From: an uncultured Gammaproteobacteria bacterium
GTDB lineage: Bacteria > Pseudomonadota > Gammaproteobacteria > JACCXJ01
Assembly (NCBI GenBank): GCA_963764725.1
Contig: CAVXTM010000018.1
Span: 96,001-160,000 of the forward strand
Reading direction: 5' to 3'
DNA length: 64,000 nucleotides
Position numbers and translations under genes: made by a program. The notes under the pieces are model-generated. The model saw only the letters and a program-made list of their open reading frames with translations. It searched no databases and was not told the DNA's origin. Below are positions 30,706-41,543 of the stretch, piece by piece. Positions within the stretch are counted from its first letter, which is position 1; the number at the start of each line of letters is the position of its first letter.

Positions 30706-31239
30706 TTAAGCCGCTGCTTGACCCAAATGATCGGCGAGGACCATGCGATCGCGGCCTTCCCGCTTTGCCTGAGAAAGCGCGTGCTCCGCAAGCTGCAGCA
30801 ATTCGTTCGGCTTCGAATCTATCTCGGGGACGCGGGTAGCGAGGCCGAGGCTTACGGTCACGTGGGGCGCGACAGTCGAATGGGCATGGGGTATGTCGAG
30901 CTGCGCTATCGCGGCGCGGATCGACTCCGCGAGGCTTATCGCGCCCATCTGGTCGATCTCGGGAAAAATCAACGCGAACTCCGTTTCCCCGAAACGTGCG
31001 ACTAGATCACCGGCGCGCTTGCCCACGGTGTAGAGCTTCTGGGCTACACGACGCAGGCACTCGTCGCCGGCTGCGGCTCCGTATTCGACGCTGAAGCTGT
31101 TAAAACTGTCAACAGCGACCAAAACCAAGGAGACGGGTCTTCCGCTACGCTTGGCGCGTTGCCATTCTACCGGTAACACCTCGTCGAATTTGCAGCGGTC
31201 GGCGATCGCGATACCCGTCAAACTGTCAATCTGCATCAT
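30706..31239 (-). CDS. Stand-alone degenerate GGDEF-domain protein
   Basis: DSLTGIA, KRAGDLVARFGETEF, VTVSLG, AKREGRDR. Confidence 0.85.
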   Translation of the reverse strand: MMQIDSLTGIAIADRCKFDEVLPVEWQRAKRSGRPVSLVLVAVDSFNSFSVEYGAAAGDECLRRVAQKLYTVGKRAGDLVARFGETEFALIFPEIDQMGAISLAESIRAAIAQLDIPHAHSTVAPHVTVSLGLATRVPEIDSKPNELLQLAEHALSQAKREGRDRMVLADHLGQAAA

Positions 31240-31494
31240 AGCGTTATCCTACAAAGCGTTGCGGAGCCCTTGACCAGCGCAACGATGGCAACCAAGATGT
31301 TCGTGGACTCGACTCCGTTCCGTGTTACACGTTGCGATATCGTAGTTCTAATAGACGAAAGCAATCCTTATACCTAGGCCAAGGGAACCTCGAGCCCGCG
31401 ATACAAGGGGGGAGCCTGCTTTACGTCATCATGCCGGCCACGCACGGGATAGCGCGTTAGCGTAGAATCCACACGAAATCCTCGCGCTGAATCC

Positions 31495-32304
31495 ATGCCC
31501 GAGCTCCCGGAAGTCGAAACCACGTTGCGCGGGATCACACCGTATCTTCTCGGCAACACCGTGGCCGCCGTGCGGGTGCGGGACGGGCGTTTGCGCTGGC
31601 CCGTCGCGCCGGAACTGCGGCGTGAGCTGCCCGGCCGATCGGTGGCCGGGGTGCGGCGGCGCGGCAAGTATCTTCTCATCAGTTTTGAGCATGGGCATGT
31701 CATCCTTCACCTAGGCATGTCGGGCAGCTTGCGGATACTCCCCAGCGATACGCCACCGGAGAAACATGATCACGTCGATCTTGTATTAATTAACGCGCTT
31801 TGTTTGCGGCTGCGCGATCCGCGTCGCTTCGGCGCCGTACTCTGGACCCGCGAACCGGCGTTAACCCATCCGCTGCTGGCAAATTTGGGACCGGAGCCCT
31901 GGGATGTCCACGGTGATTATCTCCATCAACGGGCGCAAGGACGGCGGCAAGCGGTTAAATCCTTTATCATGAACAGTAAAACGCTGGTAGGCGTGGGGAA
32001 TATCTACGCCAACGAGTCACTGTTCGCGGCTGGTATTCACCCGGCCCGGCCGGCGCGTAGCGTCTCGCGGCTACGTTATGCGCGCCTCGCCAGCAGCATC
32101 CGCCGCGTGTTGGATGACGCCATCAATGCGGGCGGGACGACCTTGCGCGACTTCGTCGACAGCCGTGGGCGGCCTGGGTACTTTGCTCAAAACCTTGAGG
32201 TTTACGCTCGCGGCGGCCTTGTCTGCCACCGCTGCGGAGCGCCCATAAGGCACAAGCGGATCGGTCAGCGCTCGGCGTATTTCTGTATCATGTGCCAGCG
32301 CTAG
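31495..32304 (+). CDS. mutM: Formamidopyrimidine-DNA glycosylase
   Basis: MPELPEVE, RRGKY, HLGMSG, GVGNIYANE, C-terminal zinc finger. Confidence 0.98.
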   Translation: MPELPEVETTLRGITPYLLGNTVAAVRVRDGRLRWPVAPELRRELPGRSVAGVRRRGKYLLISFEHGHVILHLGMSGSLRILPSDTPPEKHDHVDLVLINALCLRLRDPRRFGAVLWTREPALTHPLLANLGPEPWDVHGDYLHQRAQGRRQAVKSFIMNSKTLVGVGNIYANESLFAAGIHPARPARSVSRLRYARLASSIRRVLDDAINAGGTTLRDFVDSRGRPGYFAQNLEVYARGGLVCHRCGAPIRHKRIGQRSAYFCIMCQR

Positions 32305-32340
32305 ACCTGTTGCACGCTGGTTGACAACGACTGGAAAGCG

Positions 32341-33444
32341 TTGAATCGTCTGATTGCGCTCGATTGGCTGCGAGGGTTGGTCATGGTGCTCATGGCCTTG
32401 GATCACGCCTCGATCTTCTATAATCCAGGACGGCTGGCGCTCGACTCGGCAACGACCTATACAGCGGGTGCACCCCTACCACCGGAGCAGTTTCTAACGC
32501 GATGGCTAACGCATCTGTGTGCGCCGACGTTCGTTTTCCTTGCAGGCACGGTACTCGCACTGAGTATCCATCAACGCATGGCCCGCGGAGATCCGCCGCA
32601 ACATATCGACCGGGACCTGTTGATCCGCGGCGCGGTGGTTGCTTCCTTCGACCTCGTGTTCGCCCCCCTCATTGGGGGCAAGTGGGTGTTGCAGGTCATG
32701 TTCGCCATCGGGGCGAGCATGGTGCTTATGGTCGCGCTGCGCCGTGTGTGTGATGCTTGGCTCTTGCTGCTCGCGCTGGGGTGGTTTCTTGGCGGCGAAT
32801 GGCTTGCCACCCACAATTGGGAGCCGAGCCAACGCGACCCACCGGTCGGGCTCGCGGTCCTCATGGCAGTGTACTACAGTCCGCATCTCGTTATCCTCTA
32901 TCCCGTACTGCCTTGGCTCGCGGTCATGCTGAGCGGATGGGTATTTGGGCGTTACCTGTCGAAGAAGGGCGCAAGTCCACAAAACTACCCTGTGAGGTTA
33001 CTAGCCTTGCTGGGGGTCGTGCTGCTTTGGACATATATCGTGGTCCGCGCAGCCAATGGCTATGGCAACATGGGGCTGTTACGCGACGATGAGGGCTGGG
33101 TGCAATGGCTACATGTCAGCAAGTACCCGCCAAGCCTGAGCTTTATGACGATCGAGCTTGGTTTAATGGCCTTGATATGCGGGGTGCTAATGGTTCTAGA
33201 ACGCTACATCAAGCCGAGCCGCAACAATCTCCTGGTCGTCTTTGGCCAGGCGCCGCTGTTCTTCTACTTCCTACATTTCTCGATACTAGCGTTATCAGCG
33301 AGCGTACTCGGGGTCGGCGGCGCGGGTGGACTCGCGTGGGCCTATGGTGCAGCGGGCATCGTCCTTACGGTTCTGTATCCCCTCTGTCGTTCGTATCGAA
33401 ACTACAAGGTCGCGCATCCTCAATCCCTAACGCGCTATTTCTAG
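32341..33444 (+). CDS. DUF1624-like membrane protein
   Basis: LDWLRGLVMVLMALDH, TRWLTHLCAPTFVFLAG, KYPPSL. Confidence 0.85.
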   Translation: MNRLIALDWLRGLVMVLMALDHASIFYNPGRLALDSATTYTAGAPLPPEQFLTRWLTHLCAPTFVFLAGTVLALSIHQRMARGDPPQHIDRDLLIRGAVVASFDLVFAPLIGGKWVLQVMFAIGASMVLMVALRRVCDAWLLLLALGWFLGGEWLATHNWEPSQRDPPVGLAVLMAVYYSPHLVILYPVLPWLAVMLSGWVFGRYLSKKGASPQNYPVRLLALLGVVLLWTYIVVRAANGYGNMGLLRDDEGWVQWLHVSKYPPSLSFMTIELGLMALICGVLMVLERYIKPSRNNLLVVFGQAPLFFYFLHFSILALSASVLGVGGAGGLAWAYGAAGIVLTVLYPLCRSYRNYKVAHPQSLTRYF

Positions 33445-33593
33445 CGGTGACGAAATATTCCGCTGACTCTATGAGCCTATGAGCTTCGTCGACAAAATCC
33501 TTCACGCGGTACCGGTTGCGCGGTCTCGCGCTGGAACCGCGCCTGGTAGAAGCGCAGGACGAAACTCACCTGTTGAGCGGCCAGGCCCGGAAA

Positions 33594-35165
33594 TCATCCT
33601 CGCAGCACCCCCGTCTTCCCGTCCTCGACGACGAACGTCGCCAGGGTCGAGATCGGGGCCCCCGGCGTCTTCACGGTGTCAACGGCCTGCATTTCGACGA
33701 CCGCGCGATCGCGCGACAGGGTGACGCGCGTATAGCCGCGCCGCGTGCCGTCGGCGAGCTTGATGTGCGGGTTTTCGGGCAGGTCCGCAGCGATGCGCTC
33801 CGGCGGCCTGCCGTCGGAACTGATGGAGGTAGTCACGAACTCCGTGGCCACCACCGGGGACCCGGGATCGTCGAAGTCGAGCTTGAGATCGGCGGCATAG
33901 AAGGCGTGGACGTCGCCGCCCAGCACGATCGGGTTCGAGACGTGTTGCTCGGCGACGGAGCGTAACAGGCGCGACCGGGCCGCGGGGTAGCCGTCCCAGC
34001 CGTCGGTCCAGAACGACTGCCCGGGCCCGGGCGTTGGATCGAGCCGGGCCATTAGGGTCTGCTGGGCGATGATGTTCCAGCGAGCCCTCGAGCGGGCGAG
34101 GCCCTCGGTGAACCAGCGTTCCTGCCCGGATCCGAGGACACTGCGGTTCGGATCGCTGCGCTCCGAACACGCCTCGACGGTGTTGGAACCGCCCCGTCCC
34201 GGTTTGGGGCAGGCTTGATAGTCGCGATACTGGCGGCCATCGAGCAGATGGAATGCGCAGAGTCCCCCGAAACCGACTCGCGAATGGAGCCGCATATCGG
34301 GTCCCGTCGGGCGCGCGCTCGCCGGCAGGGGCATGTGTTCGTAATATGCCCGGTAGGCTGCCGCCCGGCGAGCCAGGAATTGCTCGCGCGGCGCGAGATC
34401 CTGGGAGCGGTCATTGGCGTAGTCGTTATCGACCTCGTGGTCATCCCATATCACGACCCAGGGAAAAGCGGCGTGGGCCGCTTGCAGATCCAAATCGGAT
34501 CGGTAGAGCGCGTAGCGGTTCCGGTAATCGCCGAGACTTACGGGCTCCGCGCCCGTGTGTGCGCGTACTGGGTGTTTTCCCCAAGAGCCCTCGTAGATGT
34601 AATCGCCGAGGTGTATGACCAGGTCGAGCGCATCGCGGGCCATGTGCCGATAGGCGGTGTAATAGCCGTGCTCGTAGTGCTGGCACGAGGCGAAGGCAAA
34701 GCGGAGCTCGGCCTTCGCGGCACCGCGGGCCGGTGTGGTACGCGTCCGTCCGACCGGGCTCAGCTCCGAACCTGCCTTGAATCGATACCAGTACCAGCGC
34801 CCGGGCGCTAATCCCCTGATCTCGACGTGCACGGAATGGGCGTCCTCCGGTCTCGCCAAGGTAACACCGCGAAGGGCGATGCGCCGAAAGCATTCGTCAT
34901 GGGCCACCTCCCACGCCACCTCGATAGGCAGAGCACCCATCCCGCCATCGTCCACTGGGTCCGGCGCGAGGCGCGTCCATAGCACCACGCCGTCCTCCGT
35001 GGAATAGCCGGAGGCGACGCCGAGCGCGAAGGGATAGCTGGCAAAGCGCGGCCCGGCCCGGACGATCGGGCTCGCGAGTGCGACCGCGCAGCCGAGCGCC
35101 CCGGTCAGGAACGCGCGGCGCGTGCATGAAGTGTCGTCAGCGTCTCCGGTCGTTGAGCTAGCCAT
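33594..35165 (-). CDS. phoD: Alkaline phosphatase D, Tat-exported
   Basis: TRRAFL Tat motif, GVASG, FASCQ, HLGDYIYE, WDDHE, DGWDGY, GDVH. Confidence 0.93.
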   Translation of the reverse strand: MASSTTGDADDTSCTRRAFLTGALGCAVALASPIVRAGPRFASYPFALGVASGYSTEDGVVLWTRLAPDPVDDGGMGALPIEVAWEVAHDECFRRIALRGVTLARPEDAHSVHVEIRGLAPGRWYWYRFKAGSELSPVGRTRTTPARGAAKAELRFAFASCQHYEHGYYTAYRHMARDALDLVIHLGDYIYEGSWGKHPVRAHTGAEPVSLGDYRNRYALYRSDLDLQAAHAAFPWVVIWDDHEVDNDYANDRSQDLAPREQFLARRAAAYRAYYEHMPLPASARPTGPDMRLHSRVGFGGLCAFHLLDGRQYRDYQACPKPGRGGSNTVEACSERSDPNRSVLGSGQERWFTEGLARSRARWNIIAQQTLMARLDPTPGPGQSFWTDGWDGYPAARSRLLRSVAEQHVSNPIVLGGDVHAFYAADLKLDFDDPGSPVVATEFVTTSISSDGRPPERIAADLPENPHIKLADGTRRGYTRVTLSRDRAVVEMQAVDTVKTPGAPISTLATFVVEDGKTGVLRG

Positions 35166-35417
35166 GGCTTGCGCCCTGAGGCTACCACGAAACGGCCTGT
35201 CCTTGGAGGCGTCGGCCGAAACCGGGAGCATTCCTAGTCCGGCTGTGTGATAGGTCTTTCGGAGACTGGTTTAGGACCTGCCTTCACCTCCTCCGTCCTT
35301 CGATCGCTTTACAGTTCGTTGACGACTCGAAGGGAGGCCACATATACTCAACGTTGTGTCGTGAATAAGACAGACGTCCACTTCCGCCATCCAGCCTCCA
35401 TAGCGGCGGAAGATCCG

Positions 35418-36155
35418 ATGCTCACGCTGTATCAGTTTGAATGCTCTCACTACTGCGAGAAAGCCCGTTGGGCACTCGACTACAAAGGGCTCGACTACCG
35501 CACGCGAAACCTGATCCCAGGCCCCCACCGGCTGGTCACCGAGCGCTTGGCCCCGCGCAGCCATGTCCCGATCCTCGTCGATGGGGAGCGGGTTGTTCAG
35601 GGCTCCTCCGAAATCATCGACTACCTCGACAAGCGCTATCCACGCGCCCGCTTGACCCCGGTCGGGGCTAGCGCGGGACAAGAGGCGCACGAATGGGAGC
35701 GCTACCTCGACCGCGAGATCGGGGTTGCGATCCGCTGCTGGTTCTATTTTCACGCCCTACCCGAGCGCAAGCTCGCGGCGCGCTTTCTCTTGCAGGGCGC
35801 GCCGTGGTATGGGGCTCCGCTCTATGCCCTCATCTTCCCGGTCGTGCGGCGAGCCATGCGCTCGCTCATGCGCATCGACGCCGAGAACGCCGCGCGCTCC
35901 GAGTCGCAACTCCGTACGGCCTTGGACCACCTGAACGAGGCCTTGCGCGGGCGCCGCTACCTGGCGGGCCCTGGGGGCTTTTCGAGAGCCGATCTCACGG
36001 CGTGTGCCTTGCTCGCGCCTTTGTGTCTCCCCAATGCAGCCTATGCGCCGGATCTCCCAAAGGCCGTAGCCGCGTTTCGCGCCGAGCATGAGGCCGATCC
36101 TTTCTTCGGCTGGGTGATCGAGACCTACGGCCGTTATCGCCACCGCGACGTTTGA
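35418..36155 (+). CDS. Glutathione S-transferase family protein
   Basis: LYQFECSHYCEKARWAL, VPILVD, SSEIIDYL, FSRADL. Confidence 0.88.
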   Translation: MLTLYQFECSHYCEKARWALDYKGLDYRTRNLIPGPHRLVTERLAPRSHVPILVDGERVVQGSSEIIDYLDKRYPRARLTPVGASAGQEAHEWERYLDREIGVAIRCWFYFHALPERKLAARFLLQGAPWYGAPLYALIFPVVRRAMRSLMRIDAENAARSESQLRTALDHLNEALRGRRYLAGPGGFSRADLTACALLAPLCLPNAAYAPDLPKAVAAFRAEHEADPFFGWVIETYGRYRHRDV

Positions 36156-36339
36156 CGCCGGCCGCGAGCGCCGCCAGCTCTTCCTCGAAGAAGTTGACGG
36201 CGCGACCACGGGTGAACGCGTGCCGCAGCCGTTCGCCGACCGTGTCGAGATCGTCCAGTCGCACCGCCACGGTGCCTGGTGACGATTCCCGGAACGGGCC
36301 GCGCAGATCGAGGAGGGGCTGACGCGTAACGGCTATCGG

Positions 36340-37840
36340 TTGGTTGCCCATGTACCGCCGGATTTGGAACTATATCGCCGGGTTCGTGAGATTGAGCCTG
36401 ATGTGATCATCATCGATACCGACTCCCCCAACCGGGATACGATTGAGCACATCTGCTGCATCACCCACAACTCACCCCGACCGATCGTGATGGTTACCAA
36501 CGATACAGACAGCCACACCATTCGCGCGGCGGTGAATGCGGGAGTGACGGCCTACGTGGTGGATGGCCTAAGCGCGAATCGGCTGCGACCCATCCTGGAG
36601 GTGGCCATCGCCCAGTTTGAGGAATGCCACGCCATGCGGTGCGAACTGGAACAGGCCAAGCTCGCCCTCGCCGAGCGCAAATTTATCGAGCGCGCCAAGG
36701 GTGTGGTGATGCGGCAGCGTCGGCTCGACGAAGAGACGGCCTACAAGTCGATGCGCAAGATGGCCATGGACCGCAACGTCAGAAAGTACGGGATCAATTC
36801 CACGGTCAGCAAAGGCGCGAACTGGGCGGCCATTCGCGACGCGCTTTCCAGCGGCGATATTCAGGCGACTCACATGCTAATCGGGATGCCGATCGCGTCC
36901 ACGATGGGGCTTTTGGGCTCGCCGAAGAAACCGATGATCATCCCGTGGATCCTCAACCGCAACGGCCAGTCCATCACCTTGAAAGCCGACTTGAAAGGTA
37001 AAGTGGCGGCCGATCCCAAAGCGCTGAAGCCGTTGGTCGAAGCGGCGAAGAAGGCGGGCGAACCGATGACCTTCGCCATGACCTTTCCGCCCGGGACGCA
37101 CGCCATGTGGATGCGCTATTACCTCGGCGCGGGCGGCATCAACCCGGACAAGGACGTCGCGCTCATCACCATTCCGCCGGCGCAGATGGTAGCCAACATG
37201 AAGGTCGGCAAGATGGACGGTTACTGCGTCGGGGAGCCGTGGAACGCGCGCGCCGTCGTGGAAGGGATCGGGTTTACGTCGGTCAACACGCAGGATATCT
37301 GGAAGGATCATCCGGAAAAGGTCTGCGCCTTCACCGCGGAATTCGCGGACAAGAATCCCAAGACCGTCAAAGCCGTGCTGAAGGCGTTGCACGAGGCCAG
37401 CGTGTGGCTGGACAAAATGGAAAACCGCCCGGAGCAGTGCGAGATCGTCTGCAAAGCCACCTACATCAACTGTCCGCCGGACATCATCCTCGGCCGCTTG
37501 CAGGGACATTACGATTTCGGCGACGGCCGCAAAACGGAAGATCCGAACTACATGATCTTCAGCGATCGCAACTGCAATTACCCACAGCCAAAGTACGCGA
37601 AGTGGTTTCTGACCCAATTTCGCCGCTGGGGCATGGTGGACGGGCCGCCCGATTACGAAGGGATCGCCAAACAGGTGATGCGCACGGACCTTTACGAAGA
37701 GGCGATGAAGGAAATCGGGTACAAGCACGGCGGGCTCAACAATGATCCGGAAACCTTGTTTGATGGCAAGACGTTCGATCCCGCCAAAGGCGACCGAAGA
37801 ATACGCGACCGCATTCGCGGTCCACAGCACGAAAGGATGA
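36340..37840 (+). CDS. In-frame fusion of NasT-like (REC-ANTAR) and N-truncated NrtA/CmpA-family binding protein; both termini frameshifted
   Basis: AERKFIERAKGVVM..AYKSMRKMAMDRNV joins KYGINSTVSKGANWAAIRD at ~36780; MTFPPGTH, GEPWN, HPEK; the natural end FAVHSTKG* (TGA 37840) needs a frameshift near 37788. Confidence 0.7.
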
Positions 37841-37898
37841 TCGGCCGTGGACTGATGACATGTAAATCGACCAGCCGCACCTGTGGCAGGCATCCGCT

Positions 37899-38682
37899 AT
37901 GAACATGAATCCGATAAACATCGATTGGTTGATCCTGCCGCTGCATCGGCGCGACTCGTGGTGATCGGGCTCTGGACGTCTGTGCAGCTCGACTGCTGGG
38001 CGAAGGAACCTGCCTTCACCCGCTGAAAACCTGGGAGGCGAGCAAACTCTACATCCTGAAGCCGTTTGAAAAACGCGGCGAGCTGGATCAGGGCATACTG
38101 CGATTCACCTGGTATTCGCTGGTGCTGGTCGCCAAGGGCTACGCGCTGGCTATTTTGATCGGCACGCCGCTGGGTCTCCTACTCGGGACTTTCGAAGCTA
38201 TTCGCAAAGAGTTTCGATCCGATTATCCAGATCTGCGTCCCGTCTCGCCGCTGGCCTGGTTGCCGTTGGGTCTGGTGTTGTTCCAGAAATCGGAACCGGC
38301 CGCGCTTTTCACCATCGCCGTATGCGCCATGTGGCCGACGGTGTTGAACACGGCGGTGGGCGTGCGCGCGGTTCCGCAGGACTATCTCAATGTCGCGCGG
38401 GTGCTGAAGCTGTCGCGGACCAAGACGCTCTTCAAGGTGCTGATCCCGGCTACCCTGCCGTACATGTTCACCGGCTTCCGGCTCAGCCTCGGTATCGCCT
38501 GGCTGGTGATCGTCGCGGCGGAAATGCTGACCGGCGTGCCCGGTGTCGGCGGGTTTCTCTGGCAGGAATACAACAGCCTGATCTACGAGCACATCATCCT
38601 GTGCATTCTGACCATCGGTGTCGTCGGTTTCATCCTCGACCGACTGATGAGCCTGGTGGAAGCCCGATTCAAATCGATTTGA
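37899..38682 (+). pseudogene. nrtB: Nitrate-type ABC permease (NrtB) with several indels
   Basis: LRPVSPLAWLP, GFRLSLGIAWLVIVAAEML; 5' part (KTWEASKLYILKPFEKRGELDQGI) is broken by indels; sequencing error is possible. Confidence 0.75.
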
Positions 38683-38692
38683 GACTGACACC

Positions 38693-39618
38693 ATGGCTTT
38701 CCTGGAACTAAAACACGTCAGCAAAGGTTTCCGGTCCAACGGCACCCTAACGCCGGTGCTGCGCGACATCAACCTCTCGATCGAGAAAGGCGAGTTTGTC
38801 GCCATCGTCGGTTACTCGGGCGCCGGCAAAACCACGCTCATCTCGCTGATCGCAGGGTTGATCAGGCCGGACACCGGCAGCGTCACTTTGGATGGCGTGG
38901 AAATTAGCGGGCCCGAGCCCCGATCGCGGGATAGTCTTTCAAAACTATTCGCTGCTGCCGTGGCTGACGACTTACGAAAATGTTTACCTGGCCGTGGATC
39001 AGGTTTTCCGGAACTGGTCGCCCACCCGGAAAAAGGCTCACGCCGAGAAATACATCGCGATGGTGAATCTGTCGCCGGCGCGAGAAAAACGTCCGGCGGA
39101 GCTTTCCGGAGGCATGCGCCAGCGCGTATCGGTCGCGCGTGCGTTGGCCACGGACCCGCGGATTTTGTTGCTCGATGAACCGCTCAGCGCCCTAGACGCG
39201 CTCACTCGGGCAACGCTCCAGGGCGAGATCGCTAGAATCTGGGATCAGGATAAGAAAACCGTGGTGCTCATCACCAACGATGTGGATGAAGGCATCCTGC
39301 TCGCGGACCGCATCATTCCGTTGACCCATGGCGCCCGATGCGACGCTGGGGCCCGCCGTGCCGGTCGAGATCCCTCGGCCGCGCGACCGTAAAGCCATCA
39401 ATCACGACCCGCATTTCAAACAAACTCGGCACCAGGTGATGGATTTTCTCTTGGGCGTTGGCGTTCACCACCGCAAGACCGTCACCCGCAAGCTGCATCT
39501 GCCCGACATCGAACCCGAAGATATATCCTACGGTAAACCCTCACCCTTCTCTTTGTTCCGCCGCGTTCCCCTACGCAGCAAGGAATTCAAGAAAGAGACC
39601 GTGGAGATCGAGACTTAA
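38693..39618 (+). pseudogene. Nitrate-type ABC ATPase (NrtC-like) with two +1 frameshifts
   Basis: GYSGAGKT, then FQNYSLLPW and LSGGMRQR in another frame; extra C near 38913 and near 39328. Confidence 0.8.
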
Positions 39619-39651
39619 CCGCACAACGGCAAAATCTGCCACCTAACCCCT

Positions 39652-40575
39652 ATGAACGCATTTCTGACTATCTCTCGTCTCACGAAGATCTACGCTACGC
39701 CGAAAGGTCCGGCGGTTATCGTTAGAGATTTCGATCTTGAAGTGAATAAAGGCGAGTTCGTTTGCCTCATCGGGCATTCCGGCTGCGGCAAGACCACCGT
39801 GCTTTCGATGCTGGCCGGGCTCAACGAGGTCACGAGCGGCGTCATGGTGCTGGCCGGTAAAGAGATTAAGGGACCCGGGCCCGATCGCGGCATGGTGTTT
39901 CAATCGCCGTGTTTGTTGCCGTGGCTGACGGCCTTAGAAAACGTCATGCTCGGGGTGGACCAGGTTTATTACACCGCCACGCGGCAAGAGCGGCATGATC
40001 TCGCCGAGTATTATCTGAGCCTGGTCGGTCTGGGAGATGCCATGGATAAACGACCGGCGGAACTCTCCCAGGGTATGCGCCAGCGCGTCGGGATCGCGCG
40101 TGCGTTCGCCCTATCGCCAAAGATGCTGCTGCTCGATGAACCTTTCGGGATGCTCGATTCGTTGACGCGCTTCGAATTGCAAAAAGTGCTGTTGGACCTG
40201 TGGGGGCGCGATCAAAAGACCGCGTTTATGGTGACGCACGACGTCGACGAAGCGATCTATCTGGCGGACCGTGTGGTCATGATGACCAATGGCCCCGACG
40301 CCGAGGTCGGCGACATATTAGACATACATTTTCCCCGTCCGCGCGACCGAAAAGAGATCATGGAGCATCCTGATTACTATCGGCTTCGAGAACATTTGAT
40401 CGTTTTTCTAGAAGAACGTGCCGAAAAAAAACGCGCGATTACACCCGATACGCTGCCGCATGTCGATGAAAGGATAGTGCAACTCGCATCCACTCAGCAC
40501 AAAGGCCGCAAGGGCTCAAACCCTAGCGGTGCGAATCTGCATGACGATCCCAAGCGGGCAGAAAGTAATCGATGA
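39652..40575 (+). CDS. Nitrate-type ABC ATPase (NrtD-like)
   Basis: [36 protein letters not shown]. Confidence 0.92.
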   Translation: MNAFLTISRLTKIYATPKGPAVIVRDFDLEVNKGEFVCLIGHSGCGKTTVLSMLAGLNEVTSGVMVLAGKEIKGPGPDRGMVFQSPCLLPWLTALENVMLGVDQVYYTATRQERHDLAEYYLSLVGLGDAMDKRPAELSQGMRQRVGIARAFALSPKMLLLDEPFGMLDSLTRFELQKVLLDLWGRDQKTAFMVTHDVDEAIYLADRVVMMTNGPDAEVGDILDIHFPRPRDRKEIMEHPDYYRLREHLIVFLEERAEKKRAITPDTLPHVDERIVQLASTQHKGRKGSNPSGANLHDDPKRAESNR

Positions 40576-40660
40576 GTGCGTTCGACTTGGGTGAAGGATA
40601 ACTTCGTTCTGGATGGCAGCCGGTTACGGCCCGAACGCCCGAAGCTTTGAGGGGTCCCGC

Positions 40661-41230
40661 ATGGCCGTGCTGACGCGGGTGTGCTTCCGGGGCGGGAAAG
40701 TCGGCGAGTGGCGAGTGCTGCGCATGCAGACGCTCGCCGGGCTACCGCTCGAGCCGGTCGCATCTCTGAACCGGCAGGAACGCCCTGGCCCGGCGGCCGA
40801 TGGCGCCGTGTGGTCCCTGCACGGCGTGACCTCGCATCAGCACTATGTCGAAGGGCGCGAGAAACTGCAGCTTGAAGCGGTGCAGGCGGGGCTCGGCCGC
40901 GCCGAGGCCACTCACGCCGCGCTCATACCGATCACCAAATCAGCCACCTGGTGGGATCTACCTCAGGATGAGCGGCGCGCAATCTTCGAGGAGCGCTCTC
41001 ACCATATCTCGGCGTCCCTCAAGTATCTCCCCGCGATCGCACGGCGACTCTACCACTCGCGCGAGCTGGGCGGGCCGTTCGACTTTCTGACTTGGTTCGA
41101 GTTCGCGCCCGAGCACGCGGGCCTCTTCGATGAGATGGTCGCCATGCTGCGCGAAACAGAGGAGTGGTGGTACGTGGAACGCGAGGTGGATATCCGGCTC
41201 ACGCGCGCGACGGGATCTGCGAGCGGATAG
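40661..41230 (+). CDS. cld: Short (clade II) chlorite dismutase family protein
   Basis: GVTS, LIPITKSATWW, ERRAIFEERSHH, IARRLYH, FDFLTWFE, EEWWYVERE. Confidence 0.85.
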   Translation: MAVLTRVCFRGGKVGEWRVLRMQTLAGLPLEPVASLNRQERPGPAADGAVWSLHGVTSHQHYVEGREKLQLEAVQAGLGRAEATHAALIPITKSATWWDLPQDERRAIFEERSHHISASLKYLPAIARRLYHSRELGGPFDFLTWFEFAPEHAGLFDEMVAMLRETEEWWYVEREVDIRLTRATGSASG

Positions 41231-41243
41231 AGGCGCCCGGCGG

Positions 41244-41281
41244 CGCACCAATATGATGCTGCGTTGCACCATCCTAATGCC
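41244..41281. promoter_or_regulatory. Tandem NtrC-type binding sites
   Basis: CGCACCA-ATA-TGATGCT and TGCACCA-TCC-TAATGCC versus consensus TGCACCA-N3-TGGTGCA; starts 21 bp apart. Confidence 0.7.
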
Positions 41282-41369
41282 TGATCGCCCCGATACCGGG
41301 CTACCCCTTGATTCCATGAAATTCCATAACTAATTAATATTGCGAGAGATGTTGCCATTGCAAATCTGC

Positions 41370-41385
41370 TGGCACCGGTCTTGCC
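41370..41385 (+). promoter_or_regulatory. Sigma54 (-24/-12) promoter
   Basis: TGGCACCGGTCTTGC, GG-N10-GC; about 100 bp downstream of the NtrC boxes with an AT-rich spacer. Confidence 0.75.
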
Positions 41386-41421
41386 CGCCTTTTGTATATC
41401 GTTCGTCCGCGGGAAAATACT

Positions 41422-41510
41422 GCCAGTGAGAGCTGGTGCGACCGGTGGGTGACCGGCCTCAGGGAGCGACCCTCAACACCGGCGCCTCGGCCGCACCACC
41501 TGTCACTGGC
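41422..41510 (+). ncRNA. Candidate structured RNA/leader downstream of the sigma54 promoter
   Basis: GCCAGTGA pairs with TCACTGGC, TGGTGCG with CGCACCA, inner AGGG-AGCGA-CCCT hairpin. Confidence 0.4.
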
Positions 41511-41543
41511 GTTAGATCGGAGAAGCAATAGGATGAAGCAATT

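Noticed and set aside
36152-36277. Minus-strand coding-like stretch GTVAVRLDDLDTVGERLRHAFTRGRAVNFFEEEL
   Set aside because: It may be a gene remnant at the nas junction, but it is too short to identify and has no clear start or stop.
38905-39335. Programmed ribosomal frameshifting in nrtC
   Set aside because: No slippery heptamer is present, and the many neighbouring indels point to error or decay.
41461-41473. ANTAR target hairpin or guanidine-II motif in the sigma54 leader
   Set aside because: The loop AGCGA is neither a hexaloop nor ACGR, and there is no second matching hairpin.
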